A DNA stretch of 64,000 bases from an uncultured Candidatus Saccharibacteria bacterium (lineage in GTDB: Bacteria; Patescibacteriota; Saccharimonadia; Saccharimonadales; EFPC-124). Numbering within the stretch: the stretch's first letter is position 1; the number at the start of each line of letters is the position of its first letter. Positions 18,087 to 26,715 of this stretch are shown one piece after another. Below the pieces are notes generated by a model. The model was not told the origin of the DNA, made no database searches, and saw nothing but the letters and a program-made list of their open reading frames with translations. The DNA lies in the NCBI GenBank assembly GCA_965225085.1, contig CBDDBE010000003.1, positions 1,023 through 65,022 on the forward strand. The letters run 5' to 3'. Made by a program: the position numbers and the translations under genes.

Positions 18087-18515
18087 ATGATTACCTACTA
18101 CACCGATGGTAGCTGCGAGCCGAATCCCGGGGCGGGCGGGTTTGCCGTAATCCGAGACATGAAGCCGCATATTCTGGGCGGTGAGCCCGAGAGCACGAAC
18201 ATTCGCATGGAAGGTAAGGCGTTGATAGCCGCGCTGAAGGATGCTGACGGCCAGGAGTGCACCATTCATACCGATAGCGAATTCTGGATAAACGTGATTA
18301 CGAAATGGTCGCTGGCATGGGAGAAAAACGGCTGGAAGAAGAAAGGCGGCGAGATAAAAAATCTCGATATCGTTCGCGAAGTATGCCCGCTGTACCGCGA
18401 ATCCAAAGCCAAGCTGGTGTGGGTGCGCGGCCACAATAACGACGAGGGCAACGAGCTGGCCGATCACTGGGCCAACGAGGCGCGCAAGCAACTGCTCGGC
18501 AAGCGCGCCGAGTAA
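18087..18515 (+). CDS. rnhA: ribonuclease HI
   Basis: YTDGSC, IHTDSEF, WVRGHNNDEGNELADHWAN (DEDD catalytic pattern). Confidence 0.9.
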   Translation: MITYYTDGSCEPNPGAGGFAVIRDMKPHILGGEPESTNIRMEGKALIAALKDADGQECTIHTDSEFWINVITKWSLAWEKNGWKKKGGEIKNLDIVREVCPLYRESKAKLVWVRGHNNDEGNELADHWANEARKQLLGKRAE

Positions 18516-18517
18516 GC

Positions 18518-18997
18518 CTATTGAACCATCGTGTCGCCGCCGGGAGTGTTGGTGGTGTCTGGGGCTGTGCTGCCACTGCCGCGGAACATTAGGCGGGGAT
18601 TGAGCGTAACGGTTGTGACCTTGGTCGTGTCTGACGGGTCTAGCGTGAGCATGACGGTGCTGCCCGTTTTAACGTCGGATGCGCTGGCAGCTGCCGTGCC
18701 ATTGGTGTAGGCCGTGCTGCTGGTAAGTGTGTAGGTTTTGTCGGTGTTGTTGAACCGCTCGGTAATGGTGATACTCGTAGCGCTGATAGCTTTGACGGTG
18801 CCAATTCCACGGTTATGCATCATGCCGCCAAAGCGCCCGCCACGGGTGCCGCTCTGAGTGATCGCTGCGCCACTGGCAGCGTTGGTTTGCCTCTGATACG
18901 CCATGCCGGTAAAGAAGCCGGCAATAGGGAGGATGATGAGCGCGGCGACAACCGCCATTTTCTTGTACATTTGCTTCTGATATTCGTGAAGTGCCAT
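18518..18997 (-). CDS. membrane-anchored/secreted Thr/Ser-rich protein (159 aa)
   Basis: ORF 18518..19126 trimmed to the ATG after the AAGGAGA SD. N-terminal anchor MAVVAALIILPIAGFF, then a beta-rich T/S-rich domain. Lies downstream of the ABC exporter. Confidence 0.65.
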   Translation of the reverse strand: MALHEYQKQMYKKMAVVAALIILPIAGFFTGMAYQRQTNAASGAAITQSGTRGGRFGGMMHNRGIGTVKAISATSITITERFNNTDKTYTLTSSTAYTNGTAAASASDVKTGSTVMLTLDPSDTTKVTTVTLNPRLMFRGSGSTAPDTTNTPGGDTMVQ

Positions 18998-19021
18998 GAG
19001 ATTCTCCTTAGTGCTTGATTT

Positions 19022-19119
19022 AGAAAGGTTGCAGGTTGGATAGTTGGAACATTTGCGTTTCCCGCAAAGCCGCTGCTTGCGGCGAGGGCCGTTTCGGCTA
19101 TCCAACCTGCAACCTTTCT
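19022..19119 (+). repeat. structured palindromic element, copy C
   Basis: Perfect 22-bp outer stem AGAAAGGTTGCAGGTTGGATAG (19022-19043) / CTATCCAACCTGCAACCTTTCT (19098-19119). P1 TTGCG-TTTCC-CGCAA at 19053-19067. P2 GCCGC-TGCTT-GCGGC at 19069-19083, followed by GAGGGCC and GTTTC. Confidence 0.8.
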
Positions 19120-19126
19120 CGTCCAT

Positions 19127-20437
19127 CTATTCGTAACGCAGTGCGTCGATCGGGTTTAGCCGGGCGGCCTTGGCGGCGGGATAGATGCCAAAGACGAGTC
19201 CGACTAGGGTCGACACCCCAACGGCCAGTATGACTGAGCTCATGCTGACCGACGGCGTAATGCCGCTGAGCACCCTGCCGAGGTTGGCAGCCGTGAGCGC
19301 CCCGACAGCGATGCCGATCAGCCCACCCGCCAGGCACAGCAGTACCGATTCGAACACGAACTGCTGCATGATGTCGCGCGTTCGGGCGCCAAGCGCCTTG
19401 CGCAGGCCAATCTCGCGGGTGCGTTCGCTGACGGCGACTAGCATGATGTTCATGATGCCGATGCCGCCAACGACCAGTGAAATGCTGGCGATACCGGCCA
19501 GAAGGGTCGTGAACACGCTGGTTGATTGCTTGACTGTGTTGAGCAAATCCTCAGGGGTGCTAACACTAAAGTCGGCGGTTTTGTCGATCTTGCCATGTAG
19601 GCTGAGCAATTTATTTGTGACGCTCGTCTTGGCGGCTTCGGTGGCGGTATCGCTGGTTGCTTTGGCGTAGATCGCGCTGAGGTTGGTGAGGCTGTAGGTA
19701 GCCTGCGCGCTGGTGAATGGGATATAGATTTGGCGATTGGCGTTGTTGAAGCCGCTCTCTTCCTTGCTGGCTAGGACGCCCACAACGGTGTAGGTGTCAT
19801 CCTCGAGCTTGATAGTCTGCCCCACGGCAGTGCCGGTGCCGAATAGGTCGCTCGCTGCTTGGCTGCCCAGGACGGCGACTTTGGCCGAGCCACTGATATC
19901 GCCGTCGGTGAAAGCCTTGCCGCTGGCCACCGTGAGGGCCTGGATGCCAAAGTACGTTGCCTCGGTGCCGCTGATTGTAAAGCGTTGTGTCTGGGCGTTG
20001 CCGCTACTGTCTTTGTCCGGCAGGGTCAGCTCACTGTTGCTACTGGTGTAGCCTGCGACGGCTGCAAGGTTCCAGCTGGCAGCGTTGTCCTTGATAGCCT
20101 TGAGGTCATCCGTAGTCAGCGTCGCCTGGACATTGCGCGGTCCTGGACCGCCACCGTCCATGCGTACGACCCGCTGTCCGCCACTACCGAGCCCGGCCGC
20201 AAACACGCCGCCTGCGTTTGCGCCACTCGGAGCCGCGCCAGACCGGATGGTTACGACATCGGTACCAAGTGAGCTAATGCGACTGGTTATGCGGTTGCTC
20301 GCGCCGTTACCGACAGCCACCAGAGCAATGACCGACGCTATGCCGATGATAATGCCAAGCATGGTCAGGAAACTGCGTCCCTTGCTGCGACCGATGGCGC
20401 GGAAGGCCTGGCCTAAGATTCGGAGTGAGCGTTTCAT
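19127..20437 (-). CDS. ABC transporter permease, MacB/FtsX family
   Basis: N-terminal TM, large periplasmic-type domain, and a C-terminal FtsX-like 3-TM bundle (REIGLRKALGARTRDI). Confidence 0.9.
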   Translation of the reverse strand: MKRSLRILGQAFRAIGRSKGRSFLTMLGIIIGIASVIALVAVGNGASNRITSRISSLGTDVVTIRSGAAPSGANAGGVFAAGLGSGGQRVVRMDGGGPGPRNVQATLTTDDLKAIKDNAASWNLAAVAGYTSSNSELTLPDKDSSGNAQTQRFTISGTEATYFGIQALTVASGKAFTDGDISGSAKVAVLGSQAASDLFGTGTAVGQTIKLEDDTYTVVGVLASKEESGFNNANRQIYIPFTSAQATYSLTNLSAIYAKATSDTATEAAKTSVTNKLLSLHGKIDKTADFSVSTPEDLLNTVKQSTSVFTTLLAGIASISLVVGGIGIMNIMLVAVSERTREIGLRKALGARTRDIMQQFVFESVLLCLAGGLIGIAVGALTAANLGRVLSGITPSVSMSSVILAVGVSTLVGLVFGIYPAAKAARLNPIDALRYE

Positions 20438-20438
20438 G

Positions 20439-21134
20439 TTATTTACTCCTCTTGTCGGCGACGATCTTGCCGTCTTTTAGGGTGATAACGCGGTCGGCGA
20501 ATGCTGCAATTTCTGGCTCGTGTGTGATCAGGATGATTGTTGCTCCCTGTTTGTTGATTTTGCGAAAGAGTCGCATTATTTCTTCGCTGCGTGCTGAGTC
20601 CAGATTGCCAGTTGGCTCGTCAGCCAGGATGAGTGAGGGGTCCATCATCAGCGCCCGTGCCACAGCTACGCGCTGGATTTGGCCACCCGACAGCTGAGCG
20701 CCGGTGTGGGTGGCACGGTCGGCTAGATCAACTTGCTTGAGGAGCTCCTCCGCTCGCTCGTACCGATTGGGCAGGTCGCCATATATAGTGGGGAGCATCA
20801 GATTCTCAAGCACTGTGGTCCGGGGCATAAGGTTGAACTGCTGAAATACAAAGCCGATCTTGCGGTTTCGAAGGTCGGCTCGAGTGTGATTCTTGAGCGT
20901 ACTGACATCTTGTCCGTCGAGCAGGTATGTGCCGTGAGTGGGCGTGTCGAGCAACCCCAGAATGTGCATCATAGTTGATTTGCCTGAGCCGCTTGGGCCC
21001 ATAATTGCGACAAAATCGCCATTTTGAATAGTTAACCGTACGTTTTGTAGGGCTATGGTCTTTTCCTCTCCTGATGTATACATCTTGCCCACATCCTTCA
21101 AGTCTATAACTGGCGGGTGTTGCGTGGTACTCAT
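20439..21134 (-). CDS. ABC transporter ATP-binding protein (MacB/LolD-like)
   Basis: GPSGSGKST, LSGGQIQRVAVARAL, ILADEPTGNLD. Confidence 0.95.
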   Translation of the reverse strand: MSTTQHPPVIDLKDVGKMYTSGEEKTIALQNVRLTIQNGDFVAIMGPSGSGKSTMMHILGLLDTPTHGTYLLDGQDVSTLKNHTRADLRNRKIGFVFQQFNLMPRTTVLENLMLPTIYGDLPNRYERAEELLKQVDLADRATHTGAQLSGGQIQRVAVARALMMDPSLILADEPTGNLDSARSEEIMRLFRKINKQGATIILITHEPEIAAFADRVITLKDGKIVADKRSK

Positions 21135-21259
21135 AAAGTAGCTCCTTGCTGATACTGTCTGTGTTATAACGTACCTTACTGATTGCGAGCTGAGTCGTAG
21201 ATTTGTTTGGATTATGATATAAATATATCGTTAGCTTTGGAGCGACACCTGGAGACGAA

Positions 21260-21586
21260 ATGGCACATTGGACTGATGCATTTAAGGCCAAGCTGGAAGG
21301 CCTCGTCAGATGGTCCGAACCTGATCGCAAGTGGAGCTTTCTCGTGTATCCTACTGGTTGGGATGCCGACGAGATCTCGATGAATCCGGTTACGGGCAAC
21401 GGTAGGCTGCTTGTCGAGGCGCTGGCTGCGAACGGTTTGCCGGACTGTACATACGACATGAACCGAGAGCTACTGAGCGTGCCGAACAATGACAGGCACG
21501 CTTCGGGTCAAGTGTTGCTCCGGACGCTGCAAGAGACCTTCGCGCGGTACGATGGGGACACCATCACCTGGCGCATGGCCGACTAA
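21260..21586 (+). CDS. hypothetical protein (108 aa)
   Basis: GGAGA SD 5 nt upstream; followed by a hairpin; no motif recognised. Confidence 0.5.
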   Translation: MAHWTDAFKAKLEGLVRWSEPDRKWSFLVYPTGWDADEISMNPVTGNGRLLVEALAANGLPDCTYDMNRELLSVPNNDRHASGQVLLRTLQETFARYDGDTITWRMAD

Positions 21587-21591
21587 TGTGT

Positions 21592-21629
21592 TGGGAGAGC
21601 GCTCGACATAGCATTGAGGCGCTCTCCCA
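21592..21629 (+). terminator. stem-loop after the orphan gene
   Basis: TGGGAGAGCGC (21592-21602) / GCGCTCTCCCA (21619-21629). No clear U-tract. Confidence 0.45.
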
Positions 21630-21677
21630 GCGCCAACTCATTTCTACTTTTGACCTGATGCGCTAAAATAAGAAGCG

Positions 21678-22382
21678 ATGCATACACTCGTACACACCAA
21701 TCAAGACGACGCAGCTATGGCTATTGCTCGCGGCATAGATCGAGCGCTAGGGAGCGGTCTGAAGGTGCTCTGGCTTTTATCTGGGGGCAGTAATATTCCT
21801 GTTGAGGTGGCAGCGCTAAGCATATTGCAACATGCCACGCCCGGCACGCTTACGCTTGGCCTTGTTGATGAACGATTTGTGCCGTTGGATAGTCCTGATA
21901 GCAATTGGCATCAGCTGCGTGTGGCCGGGCTGAACGGTGAAAAGGCCACCTTGCTTGCACCAATCATAAACGCCGACGATAGTCTGGAAGCTACTGCGGC
22001 GGACTTTGGAAAGCGCCTCATGGCCGCGATCAAAAAAGCGGATGTCATCATCGGACAGTTTGGCGTGGGGCCAGATGGCCATACAGCTGGTATATTGCCT
22101 TACAGTCCTGGAGTGCATGCGCGGCGGTTGGTTGTTGGTTATGAGGGGCCGGACTTTCAGCGTATTACGACGACGGCTGCGCTGTTTAACAAGCTGAGCT
22201 TGGCCGTGGTGGTTGCCATGGGCGAGCCCAAGAAAGCCCCACTCGAGCGTATGAATACGGACGTGTCGGCTGATGACCAACCAGCTCAACTATTGCTTCG
22301 GGCGCGCGATGTTATTATCTACACTGATCAACCGGTTGCCTGGCGGCCTCAGCCGGCGATTCTGCACCAGGAGAAGCGATGA
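21678..22382 (+). CDS. pgl: 6-phosphogluconolactonase
   Basis: DevB/Pgl-like: LLSGGSN, GLVDERFVP, GPDGHTAG. Overlaps the zwf start by 4 nt. Confidence 0.75.
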   Translation: MHTLVHTNQDDAAMAIARGIDRALGSGLKVLWLLSGGSNIPVEVAALSILQHATPGTLTLGLVDERFVPLDSPDSNWHQLRVAGLNGEKATLLAPIINADDSLEATAADFGKRLMAAIKKADVIIGQFGVGPDGHTAGILPYSPGVHARRLVVGYEGPDFQRITTTAALFNKLSLAVVVAMGEPKKAPLERMNTDVSADDQPAQLLLRARDVIIYTDQPVAWRPQPAILHQEKR

Positions 22383-23866
22383 GCGCCTCGGTACTACCGC
22401 CCGCGGCCATTGTTGTCTTTGGCATAACGGGTGATCTGGCCCGCCGTAAATTGATGCCTGCATTGTACAGCTTGGCGAAGACAGGGTTGTTGCCCGAAGG
22501 CCTCCAGATCATTGGTGTTACGCGAAGCGGCATGACGGTCGACGCGCTTTTGGACGATATTCGTGCCACGCTGGCAGCAAATGGCGAAACGATCGACGAG
22601 CAGACACTAACCCGCCTGGGTGGGGTGACGCTCATCATCACTATGGATATTTCGAAGGTCGATGAATATGCCAAGCTAAAACAGGCGCTCGACGACCACG
22701 AAAAGCGCGTCGCAGCCTGTACGAATCGTCTGTTTTACCTAGCGGTGCCATCACAGACATTTGGATCAATCGCCGAGCTGCTCGGCCAAGCGGGGCTGGC
22801 CGAGGGGTGCGACCACCGGGTTGGCGAAAGTCGCCTGTTGATCGAGAAGCCATTTGGGTATGACCTTCAGTCCGCCCGTGAACTGATTGCGACATTGTCG
22901 CAGCAATTCAGCGAATCGCAGGTGTACCGCGTCGATCATTATCTTGCCAAAGAAACGGTCCAGAATATCCTTACGTTTCGTTTTAGCAATCCGCTTTTCC
23001 GTGCCGTATGGGATGCCGAGACTATTAGTGGTGTGATGATTACCGCGGCCGAGAGCATAGGGATCGAGGGGCGTGTAGCATTCTACGAGCAGACTGGTGC
23101 GCTACGGGATATTATTCAGAGTCACTTATTGCAGCTGCTGGCTTTGGTGGCCATGGAACCGCCTGAGCGGATGGATGCCGAAGCTATCCATGCAAGGAAG
23201 CTTGAGGTACTGCGGGCCATTAAGCCTATCGCACCTGACGAAATTGCCACATCAACTGTTCGCGGCCAGTACGAAGGTTATCTGGAAGAGGTCACCAACC
23301 ATTCCTCGGTGACGGAGACCTATGCCGCTATACGCCTGTCGATTGATACGCCGCGCTGGAAAGGCGTGCCGATCCTCCTCCGTACCGGCAAAGCCCTGGC
23401 CGAGAAGGTGACCGAGATTACACTCATATTCAAAGACAAAGATGGTGCTGGCGACCATCAGAATGCGCTGACGCTGCGAATTCAACCAAACGAAGGAATA
23501 TCGGTGCAATTGCAGGTCAAGAAGCCTGGATTCGATGCCGAATCCGAGGTTGTACAGATGGATTTTTGCTACGATCAACGTAGCACCGGTGCTCACCCTG
23601 ACGCGTACGAGCGGGTGCTGGTTGACGCCTTGCGCGGGGATAAGACGCTGTTTGCAACGAGCGATGAGGTCTTGGCTGCTTGGGCCGTCGTCGAGCATGT
23701 TGTGCAGGCCTGGGCGATGAGTGATGACAATTTAAGGCCTTACGCACGCGGAACATGGGGCCCAGCGGCCGCCGATACTCTTGCGAGCAACGCCGACATG
23801 CAGTGGCTGTCTGACCGCTTACGTATCTGTCAGGTACATACCTTCGATAAAAATAGTAAGGAGTAA
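22379..23866 (+). CDS. zwf: glucose-6-phosphate dehydrogenase
   Basis: FGITGDLARRKL, RVDHYLAKE, EKPFG. Confidence 0.9.
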   Translation: MSASVLPPAAIVVFGITGDLARRKLMPALYSLAKTGLLPEGLQIIGVTRSGMTVDALLDDIRATLAANGETIDEQTLTRLGGVTLIITMDISKVDEYAKLKQALDDHEKRVAACTNRLFYLAVPSQTFGSIAELLGQAGLAEGCDHRVGESRLLIEKPFGYDLQSARELIATLSQQFSESQVYRVDHYLAKETVQNILTFRFSNPLFRAVWDAETISGVMITAAESIGIEGRVAFYEQTGALRDIIQSHLLQLLALVAMEPPERMDAEAIHARKLEVLRAIKPIAPDEIATSTVRGQYEGYLEEVTNHSSVTETYAAIRLSIDTPRWKGVPILLRTGKALAEKVTEITLIFKDKDGAGDHQNALTLRIQPNEGISVQLQVKKPGFDAESEVVQMDFCYDQRSTGAHPDAYERVLVDALRGDKTLFATSDEVLAAWAVVEHVVQAWAMSDDNLRPYARGTWGPAAADTLASNADMQWLSDRLRICQVHTFDKNSKE

Positions 23867-23873
23867 TTTCTAT

Positions 23874-24173
23874 ATGCCCAAGGCAACATGGAATGGCAAG
23901 GTTATCGCCGAAAGTGATGACACGATTCGTATCGAAGGTAATTATTACTTCCCGCCGAGCGCAGTGCACATGGAGTATATGGCGCCAAGCGACACGCATA
24001 CCACATGCCCATGGAAGGGCGAGGCCAGCTATTACAACGTCGTCGTTGACGGACAGACCAACGAGGACGCCGCATGGTACTATCATGAGCCCAAACCTGG
24101 TTCGGTCGCACGCGTTGGCAAGGATTTTCAAGATTACATCGCCTTCTGGCATGGTGTTGAGGTCACGTCCTAA
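23874..24173 (+). CDS. DUF427 domain protein
   Basis: Trimmed to MPKATWNGKVIAESDDTIRIEGNYYFP...CPWKGEASYY..AAWYY, which matches DUF427 as I remember it. Confidence 0.7.
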   Translation: MPKATWNGKVIAESDDTIRIEGNYYFPPSAVHMEYMAPSDTHTTCPWKGEASYYNVVVDGQTNEDAAWYYHEPKPGSVARVGKDFQDYIAFWHGVEVTS

Positions 24174-24176
24174 AGT

Positions 24177-25211
24177 ATGAGCGCCAGAGATAGCTCGCTT
24201 GTGCGAATCTATGCTTTTTCGGGGTTGGCTAGCGTAGCGGTATTGGTATTGGCTGGCATTTGGGGTGGCATAGATGCACTATTGACCGTGCTGGTGCTAG
24301 CCGGGCTAGAGATTACTTTCAGCTTCGATAACGCCATCGTCAACGCCAAGATATTGCAGCACATGTTGGACATCTGGCAGAAGGTCTTTTTGACGTTGGG
24401 CATTGCGATAGCGGTTTTCGGTGCGCGGCTGGTGTTGCCGATTGTGTTGATTGCGGCAACGGCGGGTTTGAGCGCGACGGATGTCGTACGCCTAGCGATT
24501 GAGCGGCCGGATCAGTACGCATCATATCTCACGAGAGCACACCCGATGATTGCGTCGTTTGGTGGGATATTTTTGCTCATGATTTTTATGGAGTTCTTGA
24601 CCGATTACGGTCGCCGAGTGCATTGGCTGCGAGTTATCGAACGTCCCCTTATGAGAGTTGGGCGTCTGCGGCAGGTTCCGCCACTGGTGGCGCTTGCCGT
24701 GTTGGCCTTTACGACGTGGCTGTTGGCTGGGGATACTCGCTTTGAGGTTTTGCTGGCAGGTGTCATCGGACTGGTGACGTACGTGGCCATACGAGGCCTA
24801 GCTGAAGTGTTCGAACAAAAGGAAGAGCGGGAGCTGAAGTCATCGAAGAGTGCGCTCCTGAAGGCCGGCCTGGTTAATTTTGTGTATCTAGAACTGCTTG
24901 ACGCGAGCTTTAGCCTCGACAGTGTGATAGGCGCATTCGCTATCACAAATATGGTGCTGCTTATTGCGGCGGGTTTGGGGCTTGGCGCAGTTTGGGTGCG
25001 CTCTATGACGGTTCATATTGTACGCCGCAATACGCTAAATACGTATCGATATCTGGATCATGGCGCTCATTACGCTATTGGGGCGTTAGCTATCATGATG
25101 CTGCTGAGCATTCGGTTTGAGGTGCACGAGGCGGTTACCGGCTCGATAGGACTTGTCATTATCGGTTTGGCGTTCTTCAGTTCGTGGCGCTACAACCAGT
25201 CGCATGCTTAA
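24177..25211 (+). CDS. DUF475 (TerC-related) integral membrane protein, second paralog
   Basis: LEITFSFDNAIVNA, WQKVFLTLGIAIAVFGARLVLPIVLIA, and a second DASFSLDSVIGAF repeat. Confidence 0.75.
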   Translation: MSARDSSLVRIYAFSGLASVAVLVLAGIWGGIDALLTVLVLAGLEITFSFDNAIVNAKILQHMLDIWQKVFLTLGIAIAVFGARLVLPIVLIAATAGLSATDVVRLAIERPDQYASYLTRAHPMIASFGGIFLLMIFMEFLTDYGRRVHWLRVIERPLMRVGRLRQVPPLVALAVLAFTTWLLAGDTRFEVLLAGVIGLVTYVAIRGLAEVFEQKEERELKSSKSALLKAGLVNFVYLELLDASFSLDSVIGAFAITNMVLLIAAGLGLGAVWVRSMTVHIVRRNTLNTYRYLDHGAHYAIGALAIMMLLSIRFEVHEAVTGSIGLVIIGLAFFSSWRYNQSHA

Positions 25212-25214
25212 GGA

Positions 25215-26135
25215 TTAGCGCTGATCCGACGGTAATTCCTCGCTTGCTTCAACCGCCGCCTGACCGTGCGGTGGGATAATTTGATGCTTTAGCTCGCACA
25301 ATTTGACGAATCCGTCGCTGATAACGGTAACGCCAATGGCTTGCCCGCGGCCTCGGTATGGTTCGCCGGCCTTGATGTCACTGAGTGAACGCAGCACATT
25401 GGCTCGACCAAGCGACTCGATGATGAAATCACGTTCAAAGTTAGCGTCGGGGTGGATCCGGTGCGTCAGCTGCCCGTTGCTCCAGCGGACAGCCACGGCT
25501 CCGGAATCATAGATCGCGGCGCCTACCCATAGCGAGTATTTGCGCCGCAAGAACTGCCGAAAGAGTGTGCGCCAAAACCCTTGATGCTCGTTGGCTGTAG
25601 GTGATTCCCCAGGGTTGTTGCGCGCGTCAACTCGCCAAAATCGAACATGATGGCGATTGCGTGGGCTGTTGCCGACAGGAATCTGGAAGCCCAGGTCTTG
25701 TTTGCGGCCAAAGAGATAGAGCTTGCTGAATGGTGCCGTAACGTACGGCTGATTGAAGAAGAGCGCATAGCCCTCGCGCAGAGTGGTGCGCAGGGTTTTC
25801 TTGTCGGCAATATGCCAGCCGGCCTTTTGCATGGCCCAGACGAGGTCGCGCTCGGAGCGGGCCAGGACGGCAATGTTTACCGGGTCGGAAGCCCATCCGT
25901 CGCTCGTGGTGGTGTAGTGCGGAATGTGGTTGGGCTTGTAGATGAATCTGAGCAGACGGATCGCGGTCGGAATCCCGATATACGCCATCAGGCTATATGT
26001 AACAAGCGCCGCCCACAGCGCTGGAATGCGTCGATCGAGATATGGATAGAGGCCAAACGCAGTAAAGTAGGCAAGCGCGACAACCGCGATAAGGATGCCG
26101 AGACGGCGCAGCACAAGCACAAAAATAGGAACCAT
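25215..26135 (-). CDS. LssY_C-like domain membrane protein
   Basis: Trimmed to MVPIFVLVL. Shows DPVNIAVLA..AGWHIAD..LYLFGRKQDLGFQ..RHHVRFW, which matches Pfam LssY_C from memory. Confidence 0.6.
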   Translation of the reverse strand: MVPIFVLVLRRLGILIAVVALAYFTAFGLYPYLDRRIPALWAALVTYSLMAYIGIPTAIRLLRFIYKPNHIPHYTTTSDGWASDPVNIAVLARSERDLVWAMQKAGWHIADKKTLRTTLREGYALFFNQPYVTAPFSKLYLFGRKQDLGFQIPVGNSPRNRHHVRFWRVDARNNPGESPTANEHQGFWRTLFRQFLRRKYSLWVGAAIYDSGAVAVRWSNGQLTHRIHPDANFERDFIIESLGRANVLRSLSDIKAGEPYRGRGQAIGVTVISDGFVKLCELKHQIIPPHGQAAVEASEELPSDQR

Positions 26136-26202
26136 ATTTGGGTATAGTATACCTGAGAATAGGCTGCATGTCGCTAGCTTTGCAATTACACCGTATCGAG
26201 CT

Positions 26203-26700
26203 ATGCTAGAAGTGATGCAAGCGATTGGTGATATTATTGTTCGGGTTATGGCAGACGGGCTCGTTGTGCCTATCGTACTGATTGCGGCTTGGGTGCTCCT
26301 GCGTTTGCCGCGCGCGGTGCTGTTCGAGCGGCTAAAGCTCGGCGTGATGGTCGGGCTGATTGCGTTACTACTCGCCAAGATCATGAGCGTCCTCTATCAA
26401 GAGGGCGAGCGGCCTTTTATGCTGCTGGGCGTCCACCCCAAGGCGGCATTTTTGAACAACCCCGGCTTTCCTTCGGATCATGTGCTATTTGTGTTTTGTA
26501 TAACTCTAGTGGTGTGGGCTAGTACCAAAAATAAGCCAGTAGCGCTAACGCTGTTGGCACTTAGCATTTTAGTGTCGGTGGGCCGAGTGGTGGCGCTGGT
26601 GCATACGCCGTTGGATGTCGCGGGCGGAGTTGTTTGTGCGCTGGTTGCAGCGTTCGTCGTCTATGGGCGCTCATTCTTCAGATCGTCATTGCCTCGTTAG
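26203..26700 (+). CDS. PAP2-family phosphatase (membrane)
   Basis: Trimmed to MLEVMQAIG. Motifs PSDH and SVGRVVALVHTPLDV. Divergent from the LssY_C gene. Confidence 0.75.
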   Translation: MLEVMQAIGDIIVRVMADGLVVPIVLIAAWVLLRLPRAVLFERLKLGVMVGLIALLLAKIMSVLYQEGERPFMLLGVHPKAAFLNNPGFPSDHVLFVFCITLVVWASTKNKPVALTLLALSILVSVGRVVALVHTPLDVAGGVVCALVAAFVVYGRSFFRSSLPR

Positions 26701-26715
26701 GCATTCTTTCGTACA

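Noticed and set aside
13128-19119. The elements as integron attC sites, with the orphans as gene cassettes.
   Set aside because: There is no integrase gene and no R''/R' RYYYAAC...GTTRRRY cores. The orphans are dispersed among essential genes, not arrayed, and most orphan-flanking hairpins lack the conserved core.
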